Shown here one piece after another: positions 11,590-28,627 of a stretch of DNA of 64,000 nucleotides. The notes beneath the pieces were generated by a model that ran no database searches, was not told the origin of the DNA, and worked only from the letters and a program-made list of their open reading frames with translations. The stretch lies in the NCBI RefSeq assembly GCF_009914755.1, contig NC_060944.1, one strand, 5' to 3'. The DNA comes from the human T2T-CHM13v2.0 reference genome, Homo sapiens. Made by a program: the position numbers and the translations under genes. Positions within the stretch are counted from its first letter, which is position 1. Every line of letters begins with the position of its first letter.

Positions 11590-11970
11590 TCTTCTTCTTT
11601 TTCTTGTTTTATTTTATTATTATTATAGTTTAAGATTTAGGGTACATGTGCACAACGTGCAGGTTTGTTACATATGTATACATGTTCCATGTTGGTGTGC
11701 TGCACCCATTAACTCGTCATTTAGCATTAGGTATATCTCCTAATGCTATCCCTCCCCCAACCCCACAACAGTCCCTGGTGTGTGAAGTTCCCCTTCCTGT
11801 GTCCATGTGTTCTCATTGTTCAGTTTCCACCTATGAGTGAGAACATGCAGTGTTTGTTTTTTTTTGTCCTTGAGATAGTTTGCTGAGAATGATTGTTTCC
11901 AGTTTCATCTATGTCCCTACAAAGTACATTAACTCATCATTTTTTATGGCTGCATAGTATTCCAAGGTGT
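11590..11970 (-). mobile_element. 5'-truncated L1PA4-like 3' end inserted in the IGS relic
   Basis: T tail then tagggtacatgtgcacaacgtgcaggtttgttac...ccatgttggtgtgctgc. IGS resumes at cgaatccttcagcgaag. No clear TSD. Confidence 0.88.
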
Positions 11971-12372
11971 CGAATCCTTCAGCGAAGTCTTCCACCAGAT
12001 GCCCCGGGTGGGCCGGATGGATGGGATGAGACTGGACCACCCCAGACCGTGCTGTTCTTGGGGGTGGGTTGACGTACAGGGTGGACTGGCAGCCCCAGCA
12101 TTGTAAAGGGTGCCCAGGTATGGAAATGTTACATAGGATGCCCTCCTTCCCGTCAGCCTGCCTTCAGCTTCCTCAGGCATGAAGACAACTTCCCATCAGA
12201 ACCTTTTTTCTTCCCTTTCTCCACCACACAGATGAGACTCATGAGAGGGAGAAACAGCTCAATAGATACTGCTGACCTTCATTTGTGGAATCCTCAGTCA
12301 TCTACAGACAGAGAGGTGACTAGACAGGGACCCAAATCAAACCCCATTTCCGGGTCCTCATGGTGGGATTGG

Positions 12373-12427
<55 letters not shown>

Positions 12428-12557
12428 TTCCACATCTAGTTCACAAACCACACTAATTTACCCTTTTCACAGTATGCAGTCTGAGTAAAACCCACCACAC
12501 CCTCCACCCGGCGACTGACGAAACCCCTTCTCTACAATTTATTAAAAAGATTATCTG

Positions 12558-13005
12558 GGCCGGGCACAGTAGCTCACGCGTGTCATTCCAACACTTTGGG
12601 AGGCCAAGGGGGGTGGATCGCTTGACGCCAGGAGTTCAAGCCCAGGCTGGCCAACATGGCAAAACCCTATCTCTATGAAAAATAGAACAATTAGCCAGGC
12701 CTGTTGGCATAGGCTTGTAATCACAACTACTCAGGAAACTGAGGCGGGCGAATTGCTTGAAGCAGGGAGGCTGAGGTTGCAGTGAGCTGAGATCATGCCA
12801 TGGCAATTATTGAGACAGAGCGAGACTCTCTCAATAATCATAATATTATTATAAGATTAGTTGTGCGTGCTGATACCCGACTGTAGTCGCAGCTACTCGT
12901 GAGGCTGAGATAAGGAGAAGATCACTTGAGGCCCCACAGGTTGAGGCTTCAGTCAGCTGTTACCCACTGTATCCTGGGCAGTCACCAGTCAAGGAGATAT
13001 GCCCT
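12558..13005 (+). mobile_element. Alu (12558-12833) plus degenerate Alu right arm (12855-13005)
   Basis: ggccgggcacagtagctcacg start; second piece ctgtagtcgcagctactcg...gatcacttgagg. Confidence 0.85.
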
Positions 13006-13011
13006 TCCCCG

Positions 13012-13942
<931 letters not shown>

Positions 13943-13978
13943 ACTCCGGAAAATGATTCACGACCACGACGGCTGTAC

Positions 13979-14034
<56 letters not shown>

Positions 14035-15039
14035 TTATTCTTTCTTTCTTTATTTTCTTCTTTCTTATTTATTGATGAATTTTTTATATTGATTGATTGA
14101 TTGATTTTGAGAGGGAGTCTTGTTCTGTTCGAGGCGAGGCGAGGCGAGGCGCATCGCTTTGGAGGCCGCAGCACTGCCTTCTAAAGCCCCATTCAAATGC
14201 ACAAAGTCCTATTCCCTTCCTGGAGTTGGAGCTGATGCCTTCCATTGCCTTGGGCTTCTCTCCATTCAGAAGATTTTACAGGTGCAACCCCACCCAGAGG
14301 CTGGCTGCGGCTGAGGATTAGGGGATGTGGTGGGGCTGGAAACTCGTCCTCTATTGTTGCAAGCTCAGCCAAGACATCCCCCGACCCCCATCGCTTGCTC
14401 ACCCTTTGAGATCCCCTGCCTCCACCGCCTTGGAGGCTGACCTCTTACTTTAATTTCTGTCTTTCTTCCTTTCCTGCGTTTGAGGAGGGGGTGCAGGAAT
14501 GAGGGTGTGTGTGGGGAGGGGGTGCGTGGTGGGGACGGAGGGGAGCGTCCTAAGGGTCGATTTAGTGTCATGCCTCTTTCACCGCCACCACCGAAGATGA
14601 AAGCAACAATCAGCTAAATACCGCGTGTTCTCATCCATAAGTGGGAACTTATAGATGAGAGTTCTGCGTGGGCAGAACGAGGGGGACGAGAGACGCGGGA
14701 GTCTACTTGAGGAAGGAGGGGTGGAAGGAGAGACAGCTTCAGGAGAAACCAAAACAAAACAAAACATGAAAACTGTCGAGTACTGCGCTGAGTGTCCGGG
14801 TGATGAAATCATCTGCACACTGAAACCCCCGGCAGAAGTTTACCTATGTAACGATCTTGCACATGTATGTTTGAACAAGAAGTGAAAGTTAGGGGAGAAG
14901 GAGAGAGAAAGGGAGAGAGAGAGGGAAAGAGAGAAAGAGAGAGAGAGAAGTGAAACGAAACACCACCTCCTTGACCTGAGTCAGGGTATTTCTGGCCTTT
15001 TGGGGGAACATTCAGCGACAATGCAGTACTTGGGCCCGT

Positions 15040-15330
15040 TCTTTTCTTTTTCTTCTTTTCTTTTTTTTGGACAGAGTATCTCTCGCTCTTTCACCCAGGC
15101 TGCGGTGCAGTGGCGCTCTCTAGGCTCACTGAAACCTCTGCTTCTCGGGTTCCAGTGATTCCTCTTCGGTAGCTGGGATTACAGGCGCGCACGACGATAG
15201 CCGGCTAATTTTTCTATTTTTAGTAGAGACAGGGTTTCTCCATGTTGGCCACGTTGGTATTGAACTCCTGACCTCAAGTGATCCACCCTCCTGGGCCTCC
15301 CAAAGTGCTGGGACGACAGGCCTGAGCCGC
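15040..15330 (-). mobile_element. AluS-type element
   Basis: cctgacctcaagtgatccaccc; T tail at ~15040-15068. Confidence 0.88.
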
Positions 15331-15523
15331 CGGGATTTCAGCCTTTAAAAGCGCGGGCCCTGACACTTTTCGCTGCGGCCCTTATGCTCAGAATGACGTG
15401 TCCTGTCTGCCATAGGTTGACTCTTTGAGTCCCCTATGCCATTGCACTTTAGCCTGGGCAGCAAGAGCGAAACTCCGTCCCCCCACCTTCCCGTGCAAAT
15501 AAATAGATAAATAAATAAATGAA

Positions 15524-15558
<35 letters not shown>

Positions 15559-15624
15559 AATCTCTACACATGACCTATAAGTGTGTGTTCCCATGAGTTA
15601 TTTCTAAGAAATGGCACTGTACAT

Positions 15625-17575
<1,951 letters not shown>

Positions 17576-17827
17576 TCAGACCCCCCGTGCCGCGGAGGGC
17601 CCTGCCCCTTCCAAGAAAGTGAGAAGCGCCTGCTTAGAGAGGCCCAGAGGAATCTAGACAGACGAGACTTAACAGGCTTCGCCACTCGGTGTATGATTTC
17701 GGGAGGTCGAGGCCGGGTCCCCACTTGGATGGAAGGGACATTTTCACACTTTTCTCTCTGTCATGTGTGGCGTCCCTACTTCTCATATTTCCCTGATTAG
17801 CTCCTCGACTTAAAAATACACGGTTAA

Positions 17828-18156
<329 letters not shown>

Positions 18157-19412
18157 ACATTATTTTTCGTGCTGACTGACACTTGCAGGCATCGGTTGTC
18201 TTCGGGCATCGCCTAGCGGCCACTGTTATTGAAAGTCGAGGTGACACGGAGGGAGGTCTCGCCGACCTCACAGAGCCTGGGGCAACCGATTTCTCTCTCT
18301 CCCTTCTGGAGGTCCCTCCCTCTCTCCCTCGTTGCCTAGGGAACCTCCGCCCTGGCGGGGGCCCTATTGTTCTTTGATCAGCGCTTTAGTTTTCTTTGTG
18401 CGTTGTTTTCTTTCATGAGCATAGACTCTTCTACTTGGGTTTTAGGAAGGGTCAGTTTAATTTTCAAGTCGCCCCCCAGCTCCCCTCACTACCCACGTCC
18501 CTTTACCTTCGTTTAGTGAGTCAGTTAGGTGGGTTCCCTCCAAACCCCCCACCCTCCGCCTCCCAACACCCTGCTTGGAAACCTTCCGGAGCCACCCAGG
18601 TGTGCCTCCGTCTTCTCTCCCCTTCCCCCACCCCTTGCCGGCGATCTTATTCTTGCCAGGCTGACATTTGCAACGGTGGGCGTCAGGCCTCACTCAGTGG
18701 CCACGGTTTTTTAAGATGGGGTGGCACGGTCCCACTTCCCCAGAGGCAGCTTGGGCCGATGGCATAGCCCTTGACCCGCGTGGGCAAGCGGGCGGGTCTG
18801 CAGTTGTGGTTTTTTTCCCCCGCTTCCCTCCTCAGGCCTCCCTCCCTAGGAAAGCTTCACCCTGGCTGGGTCTCAATCACCTTTTATCATGATGTTTTCG
18901 TTTCTCCGCCCTCCGACCAGCATAGTTTCACAATGGGAATGAAGTCACAGCTCTAGTCTGGGCCTTCTTAGCATTTTCCCAAAATAGAAACGCTTTCTGA
19001 AAACTAATACTTTGCTCACTTAAGATTTCCAGGGACAGTGCCTTGGCCCGTGTTTGTTGGCTTGTTTTGTTTCGTTCGTGTTTTTCCTTTTTCTTATATA
19101 TTTCTTTTTAGATGAAGTAGAAATCCCCAGTTTTCAGGAAGAAGTATATTTTCCCCAAGACATATTAGCTGCAGTTTTCTCCTGTAGTTAACTAACGATT
19201 TTGTGAATCTCTGAACGTATAGTGAGAGCCGGTTGATGTTTACTAGACTTCAGAACATCTCATGTTCTAGAAATCCGTAAGCAAATGCTGCTGCTGCTCT
19301 TGCTGCTGCTGCTGCTTTTGTTGCTGTTGTTGTTGTTTTCAAAGCACACCCCGGCCACAGTTTATGGGATCAAAAGCGTTATAAAATATGTGTAATTATT
19401 TCCTGAGCGTGC

Positions 19413-20487
19413 CCTTCCTCCTCCTCTCTCTGTCTCTCTTTCTCTGTCTTCTCTCTCTCTCTGTCTCTCTCTCTGCCTGTCTATTTCTCTCTCTGTCTCT
19501 CTCACTGTGTCTGTCTTCTGTCTTACTCCCTTTCTCTGCCTGTCTGTCTCTCTCTCTCTGCCTGTCTGTCTCTCTCTCTCTCTCTCTCCCTGTCTGTCTT
19601 TCTCTTTCTCTCTGTCACTGTCTCTGTCTCTCTCTGTCTGTCTCTGTCTTTCTCTGTCTGTCTCTCTGTTTCTCTCTTTCTCTCTGTCTCTGTGTGTCTC
19701 TCTCTCTGCCTGTCTCTCTCACTGTGTCTGTCTTCTGTCTTACTCTCTTTCTCCGCCAGCCTGTCTCTCTCTCTTTGTTTCTCTCTGTCTCTCTCTGTCC
19801 ATCTGTCTTTCTCTGTCTGTCTCTTTGTCTGTCTGTCTGTCTGTATCTCTCTTTCTCTGTCTCGCTGTCTCTGTCTCTCTCTCTGCCTGTCTGTCTGTCT
19901 GTAGGTCTCTCTCTCTCTCCCTGTCTGTTTTTTCTCTCTCTCTCTTTGCCTGTCTGTTTCTCTGTCTCTGTCTCTCTGTCTGTCTCTCTCTGCCTGTCTC
20001 TCTCTGTGTCTTCTGTCTTACTGTCTTTCTCTGCCTGTCTGTCTGTCTCTCTCTCTCCTTGTCTGTTTCTCTCTCTCTCTGTCTCTGTTTCTCTCTCTCC
20101 CTCTGTCTGTCTCTTTCTCTGTCTCTTTCTCTCTGTCTGTCTCTCTCTTTCTCTCTGTCTGTCCATTGTCTCTGTCTCTGTGTGTGTGTGTGTGTCTGCC
20201 TTCTGTCTTACTCTCTTTCTCTGACTGTCTGCCTGTCTGTCTGTCTCTCTCTGTCTCTCTCTTTCTGTCTCTGTCTCTCTTTCTGTTTCTCTCTGTCTCT
20301 GTCCATCTCTGTCTTTCTCTGTCTGTGTCTTTATCTGTCTGTCTCTCTCTCTCTTTCTGTCTTTCTCTCTTTGTGTATCTTTGTATCGCTCTGTCTGTCT
20401 CTCTCTGTCTCTGTCTTTGTCTCTCTCTCTCTCTGTGTCTCTCGCCCGCTCTCTGGCTCTCGCTATCTCCCACCCTCTCTTTCTTTG
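19413..20487. repeat. IGS pyrimidine-rich (CT/CTGT)n tract 2
   Basis: Directly visible; same recurring motif as tract 1. Confidence 0.95.
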
Positions 20488-21769
20488 CAAAATAAGTTCA
20501 AGTACTTCTAATCTAATCCATTACCACAGCCTGAATTCTTAACTTTAGACATCCCAGATTTGATCTCCCTACAGAATGCTGTACAGAGCTGGCGAGTTTA
20601 TTTCTGGACTTGGATACCTCATAGATATTACATATTAATAAAGATCCAACCCTAAAATCTGGGGTTGTGTTTCCCTCGACTGTCTCAAAAAATCATACCT
20701 CTGTTCACCTAGGATGCTGGGAAGGTTTTCTCAATGTGCATCTGCTCGTGTCCTACATGAACTGTGACCGAGCCCTCTCCGTTCTGTCTCAAATATGTAT
20801 CTGCAAACACGTCTCTCCATTTCCACAACTACCCATGGCCCATTGTGGAACCATTGGCTCTTTGAAAAAAAATCCCAGAAGTGGCTTTGACTTTTTGGCT
20901 AGGAGGTCTAAACCTGCTGAGAACTTTCCTGCCCAGGATTCTGTGTGAACAAAAGTGCCTCTGCTGGGAGCTGGGATCTTCGGGACCATGCTTGCTACCG
21001 CTGGATGAGTCTCTGGAAGGACGCACGGGACTCCACAAAGCTGACCTGTCCCACCGAGGTCAAATGGATACCTCTGCATTGGCCTGAGTCTTCCAGCTTA
21101 CATCACCATCACCAAAGCTCGCCATCAGCATCCTTGTGAGCCTGCCCAAGGCCTCGACTCTGGGGAGACTCTTGGGAGCCCGGTCTTCATCGGCTAAAGT
21201 ACAAAGGGATGGCGACTTCCACCCACAAGGTCCCCACTGAACTGCGAAGATGTGGAACGTAGGTCAGAGAGGGGACCTGGAGGGGAAACATCCTGACAGG
21301 CGATGAGTTAACTAGGCTCTGGCCACCCCACTCACGTCCCACGTCCCGGGCAACCGCGGGACACTGCCGCTTTATCCCCTTCTCTGTCCACAGCCGCCCC
21401 CACCCCACCCCGCAACCCACGCACACACGCTGGAGGTTACAAAACCACACGGCGTGAATACAGCCTGACGGAGCGAGAGCTCATTTCACGAGGCGGGGGG
21501 GGTGGGGTGGGGTGGGGGTTGGGGTGTCTGTAGAGAGCCCGATTCTACGATTCTACCTCGTGGGTGGCTACAGGATACAAATGAATATTGCTTCTTGGGC
21601 GGAGGGGCTTCCTTAGGCTGTCATGTTTGCGAGACTATCTCTCAAAACCTCCCTTGAGGCCACAAAACAGATTCCACCCCACCCCTCGACGTTTCCCCGG
21701 GGTGCTGGATGTATCCTGTCAAGAGACCTGAGCCTGACACGTTGAGTGAAACACATTTATTGGCTTCAT

Positions 21770-21945
<176 letters not shown>

Positions 21946-22015
21946 TTTCATTGGTTTTCACTGGAGATTCTAGATTCAAGTCACACCTCATTGTGTGCCA
22001 CATAATGACTTCTGT

Positions 22016-25000
22016 TATTTATTTATTTTTTTTTAAAGCACAATATATCTGCTTTATTTGAGTGGCTTTATATATCGTTATAATTGTGTTATAGATGAAG
22101 AAAAGATATTAAACACAGTGCTAATGATAGTGAAAGTGAAAAACAAAAGAAAGGCTATCTATTTTGTAGTTAGAATAAATTTGCTCAGTATTTAGAGTTA
22201 CCTAAATACGTCAGCATTTAAACTCCTCCTAGTAAAAGCTGGCCAATCTGAATAATCCTCCTTTAAACACAATTTTTGATATGGTTAAAGTTTTTAAGAA
22301 TGTGACTCCTGCAGAATAGCTGAACAGACAATACACATTTAAAAAAGAACAACACAAGGGTCAATCAGACTTGGGAAAAAATCAAAAACAACACAAGTCT
22401 TATGAAGAACTGAGTTCTTAAAATATTACGGAGAACATAGCTATCGGAAGAGAAGGCAGTATTGGTAAGTTGATTGTTACATTTGTCAGCAAAAGCTAGC
22501 ACTATTTTTTTGGCAATCTTTCAGGCACTGCAACTACTACTGCAAAATGAGATATAATCATTTAAACAACATATTCACAAATCAAAAAATGTTTTCGTAA
22601 TGTAATGCTTCAGATTTAGAAGCAAATCAAGTGTTAAAACTCAACTGCTATAATAATTAACCCCAAAGATAACCGTATCTGACAAAAAAGCTTCCACAGA
22701 GTTATGACGTCAGAATTATACTTTCTCTTGATATTTATTTATGTATGTATGTATTTATTTATTTATTTATTTAATTTTATTTTTTTCTTGAGATGGCTTC
22801 TTGCTCTGTCGCCCAGGCTGGTGTGCAATGGCATAATCTTGGCTCACTGCAACCTCCACTTCCCGGGTTCAAGCGATTTTCTTGCCTCAGCCTCCTGAGT
22901 ATCTGGGACTACTGGCGCCCGCCACCATTCCCAGCTAATTTTTATACTTTTAATAGAGACGGGGTTTCACCATGTTGGCCAGCAAGGTATCGATCTCTTG
23001 ACCTTGTGATCCGCCCACCTCGGCCTCCCAAAGTGCTGGGATGACAGGCATGAGCCACCGTGCCTGGCCTTTTCTTGATATTTAAACTTTTAAGTCAGTC
23101 CAGAAAAATACAATAAATGTCAACAGTAAGTATGGTGTTGAGGTAGAAGTAGGATCAAACTTTTTCATATGTTATTCGGTTGATAACAATATGACCTGGG
23201 TCATAATTTCCTATGTGTCTACTTATATACAAGTACAAAAAAGTAAAACAGAGATACTGCTAAATAAAAGGGTACACTAAGTTCTTAATAGTAACTCAAT
23301 AAACTAGAACACTGTCAAAAAGCAGCAACTAGTGAATTTTTTCAGTGTTTTTTTCTGTTATCCAATAAGTGAATTATGCTATTCCTTTCCAATTTCCCAA
23401 GCACTTTTTGTCTCAATCACCATTTCTGTGTTCGAAGAAAAAGTAACAAATCAAGTAACAAAACTAAACAAGCAAACAAACAAACAAAACACAACTAGAG
23501 CATCTGCAAAAGTTTGGTAGAAGACTGAAACTCTTGAGTATGAGGATCTGGTATTCTATTATCATTAGTTAACTTAAGAGTTTGTTAAAGACATACATTT
23601 CATAAGAAAGCGTGTTAGTTTGAAGTTATTGACCAGTATGTACCATCCCTAAGTATTAGTAGCCAAATTCATGACAATAAAGAGCTATCTAACAAGAAAA
23701 ATTAGTGACTACCAGCACCATCAACAAGACTTTGTCTTTACACTTCATTACCACTTACCGTGCATTATAATATCTAGGATTGACTCTGATAACATTTCAA
23801 AAACTAGCTAATGCTTTGTCCAATTCTTCAGTTAAGACAAACTCATGCCCTAATAGAGTATAGACATAAGCATAATTTGGATCCACTTGGATAGCTCTCT
23901 GAAAGAATTTAATTGCAATATCATGTTCCCGTTGCAGAGTGAAACAGTCCCCTGCAGCACACCAGGCCTCTGGCGAAATTTTATCCATGTCTGTTAAGTC
24001 TTTTGACAGAAATGAAAGAGCAACATCTTTTTGAAGATGCCAAAGTGTTGTAGAGTAGATTTCCATGCCTTCCACTCTATGATTCTCAATCCTTCTAACC
24101 TCTGAGAATAGTCTTTCAGCTTGCATGTACTCTGAAAGTTCAAAATAGGCCCTTCCAATTTGGCACAGTACCCAACCAGTATTGTAGTGGTGAGAAGGTA
24201 AATGGCTCAAAATATTTATAGCTTCTTTGCAGTGGTATGAACACAAAGCTAAATAACCTTTCCCCCTTTCACGAAGAAGGCTCATCAAGCCTTCTGCTGC
24301 TGCTTTTTGTAGATTAAAAGCCTGAATCTGAGGTGTGATTGTGGATATTTTCCCTTCTGAAATGATGGAAGAGTACAATTTTGTTATTTCCAGGCTGTCA
24401 TTTATATTAGGTTTAGTTATTCCTCCTTTATTAGTTTTACTTTTTGTTTTTCTGTTTGGGATTTTAGGTGGAAACTGTATTTTTAATTTCTTCCTATTCT
24501 CCTTGGTTGTGGAACTGTCACTAGTCAAGAGTCGTGAACTTCTTCGATGCAGTGCATTTGAGGGAGATGTCATAGTGGGGCTCAATACCTGAGGTGTTGT
24601 ACTTATTTATGGACCAGAACTTTCTGTTTGTGCAAGAATTGGAGTTACCTCTTGGCTATTTCCACTCTGTGAGAAGACAGACTTTGCTCCAATTTGGACT
24701 ATTCTGGCAACAGACTTTTTTGGAGGGACTCCAGTGGATGTCACATCCATTACAGAAGCTGTATTAGTGTAGTTTTGTAAATAGGATCCAACTCCAGGAC
24801 TTGGGGTTTCTAATGGCAAAATCCCAAAACTTGGGGTTAATGGACTAAGAGATGCTGGTCCTCCTAATAAACTTCGATCAGTTTTTGGTTTATTTTGAAC
24901 CTGTTTAGATAATATGGAAGTTCCTGTTCCCAGTGGGACAGTATCAGATGAAATTACAGCTGAATCAATAGAAGACACTGGGGAATCTGTATTCAAGGAG

Positions 25001-25812
25001 TACTTTGAATTGGCAGATTCTAAATTCAATCTGTTTAATTCAGTTGTGTTCTGGGGTGTTTCTGTAAGAATGGTCTCAGGCTGTCTGTGACATAAACTAT
25101 GATTAGGTACTTGTGCTTTGCAAGAGTTGGGCAGACAGTTTCTAAAGTTCTGTGAAGATGCGAATTTAAATGTTTGGTCAGGATCTGGCTTTTCACCTAT
25201 TTCACATAATGATTCAAAGGGATACCAGAGGAAAGGATTTAAACTAAGGCTCTTTTGGTAGCATTCTGATCCTTTGGCAAGCCGATCTGTCTTGCAATAT
25301 ACATGTCCCAAAAATGGAAGGGGAAAGCAAGCTGAATCACCAAACTCAGTAACAATATCATCATGGCTTTTCTGCTTATGAAACACTCCACCAGATAAGA
25401 TTTGTTCCCCTTCTGCAAGCTTGCTGACATCAAAACAACATTTTGCAAGCAGGTATTTGCATTGCGGTGTAGGACAACTGTGTCCTTTCAAGAGTCTATA
25501 TGCTTTATAGGCCTTTCCTGGGCGGTAAGAACAGGTCGCCAGTAAAAACAAGGCTTCTTCTGAGTGTACTTCTGCATAAAGGCGTTCTGCGAGGAAAACC
25601 CCATCTCGGTAAGCATAGTGGTTTAGTGCTTGCCATGTAGCAGCCTGGACGGGTTCCTGTAGCACCATCATCCTCGAGGCTCAGGCCCACTTTCTGCAGT
25701 GCCGCGGCAGCCCCCCACCCCGCCCACACCCCTCCCCCCGGTAGCGGCTCCGGCAAAGCCAGCCTCAGCTCATTTAAACTCACCAGTTACCAGGGGATGG
25801 GGGAGGCCGAGC
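22016..25812 (-). pseudogene. CDC27P: CDC27 processed pseudogene (rDNA IGS type): 5'UTR, spliced CDS to ...YNA, retained intron, poly(A)
   Basis: ORFs 24607-25671 (MMVLQEPVQAATWQALNHYAYRD...) and 23797-24585 are in the same frame, separated by one stop. gtaagt donor at 23758-23753. AATAAA at 22058-22053, A tail at ~22034-22016. TSD ca(t/g)aatgacttct(g/t)t at 22001-22015 and 25813-25827. Confidence 0.95.
22738..23069 (-). mobile_element. AluS (Sc-like) inside the retained CDC27 intron sequence
   Basis: cgatctcttgaccttgtgatcc; TSD-like tcttgatattta on both sides (~22726 and ~23073). Confidence 0.88.
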
Positions 25813-26339
25813 CAGAATGACTTCTTTACCCTGCCAACTGTGGAAAGCCCGGCCCCCTGTGATCCATCGCAAAGCGAGAGTCACCTCATGTTTGGAAAAC
25901 GGATCCGCTCCCAAGTTCAGTGGAGGGATGTGGCATATAGGATGAAGGACTCTCTTCTTCTGATTGGGTCTGCACAGTGGGGCCTAGGGCTGGAGCTCTC
26001 TCTGTGCGGACCGCTGACTCCCTCTACCTTGGGTTCCTTCGGCCCCACCCTGGGACACGGGCCTTGGCAGATTCTGACCCTTCCTGGCACTTAAGTCGCT
26101 GTCAGAAACCCCATCTCGTCCTCGGATGCCCCGAATGACTGTGGCTCGGACCTCTCTGGAAACATTGGAAATCTCTCCTCTACGCGCGGCCAACTGAAAC
26201 CACAGGAGCTCGGGACACAAGCCGCCATCCACCTCACTGCTTTCGGGAGAGAATGCTGAGTCTCTTACCGACTCTCTCTTGACTTGAGTTCTTCATGGGT
26301 GTGTCGTTAAGACGTAGTGAGACCAGATATATTAACTCA

Positions 26340-27405
<1,066 letters not shown>

Positions 27406-27426
27406 CCACCCGTTCCCCCAACAGCT

Positions 27427-27786
27427 TATCACTCAGGTGCCCGAAGTCCAGCTGTGGTGTGTGGTTCCCACCCCCAGCGCCCCCTCCTCTGGTCGCCGCC
27501 GTGTTGTCTGGGAGTGGGTCCTGAGGGAGCTCGTTGGTGTGGCGGTCGAGGCGGTTGAGTGAGAAGTGCCCCTGCCACGCGGGGAAGGGCGCCGCCTGGT
27601 CTGGCGAGCGCAGGTCCCGTGATCCCCTCTGGCTGGTGCGCGCGGGCCGTGTGAGCGATCGCGGTGGGCTTGGGCAGGTGAGGCGTGCGCCGGCCGGCCG
27701 CTGATGGGCTACCGTTCTGCCTCCGACAGGTTGTGTGTGTGTGTGGATTTACTTGGAGGTGCTTTGCCTAGGAGAAAGGAGGCTGG
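27427..27786 (+). pseudogene. 45S pre-rRNA 5'ETS internal fragment
   Basis: ctcaggtgcccga...gggtcctgagggagctcg...gggccgtgtgagcgatcgcggtggg...ccgttctgcctccgac matches recalled human 5'ETS (roughly +0.8 to +1.2 kb). Confidence 0.88.
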
Positions 27787-28627
27787 TCCCTGGGGGTGCC
27801 TCCGGGTTCCTCGGGGTGCACGGCTGGGGGTTCCCTGGCGTGGCCTGCTGGGGCCCTCCGTCCCCCCAAGTGCAGACCGGCGATGTCTGCCCTCCTCTGC
27901 TGCCATGCCCGCCCCTTCTCCCTCCCCCCGCAGGCCCTGTGTGGTCACGCATTGGGTGGCATGGGGAAGGGGGGCTCCCGGCTGTGAGGAAGAGAGAGAG
28001 GGCAGTGCTGCCACCCGCGAAAACAGAGAGTGAAGAGAGCCGGCTGGGGCCGAGTTCCCGTGGCCACCACCGCGGTCCGGGTTCCTCCCTCGGGGCCTCC
28101 CTCGTGCCTTACGCAGCTCGTGGTGCGGGGTTCGTTGGCCCTGGAGGGGTGGAAGGTCCCGTGCCGTCGTCGTCGCGCGTCGTGGGTAGTGAGGGCTTGT
28201 TGGGGGCGGGGGGAGGAAGGCAAGTAGGAAGGGTCCGGAGAGGGTGGGGGAGGGCGTCCCGGTCGCCCCGGTTCGTCGCCGCCCCTGGTGGCGGCCCGGC
28301 GACCGGCCCACAGCCGCTCCAGCGCCCCTCCTCCCCAACACCCCTCTGAGGCACAGTCCTCCTCGCCCGCCCGACCCTGTCTACCCGGCGCGCGTCGCGG
28401 TTGTGTCCGGGGCCGGAAGCCCGCCACGCGGCCCGTCTGACAGCGCTCGTGGCCGCGGTCCTGGGGTTCGCGTGCCCCTGGCGGTGACTCGCTGAATGCT
28501 GCGGTGTCGTCCGCCATTGCGCGCCCGCCTCCGGCTCTCGGCCGCGCGGTGCCTGGGGCCCGGTCTGTAGCTTCCACGTCAGGGCAGGGAGGCGCCGCCA
28601 CGTCCTCGGACCCGTCCCCCACCTCCG
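27787..28627 (+). pseudogene. 45S pre-rRNA ITS2 fragment (starts just after the 5.8S end, stops before 28S)
   Basis: gggggtgcctccgggttcctcggggtgc...ggccgagttcccgtggcc...ggtggaaggtcccgtgcc...gtcctcggacccgtcccc matches recalled human ITS2. Confidence 0.9.

Noticed and set aside
21494-21525. G-quadruplex-forming G4-5 runs
   Set aside because: A real motif but a common feature of rDNA IGS; nothing specific to this locus.
27427-28627. CpG-island gene or functional rRNA gene (GC-rich ORFs of 204-225 aa)
   Set aside because: The sequence is transcribed-spacer rDNA (5'ETS, ITS2) with no 18S, 5.8S or 28S sequence and no promoter.
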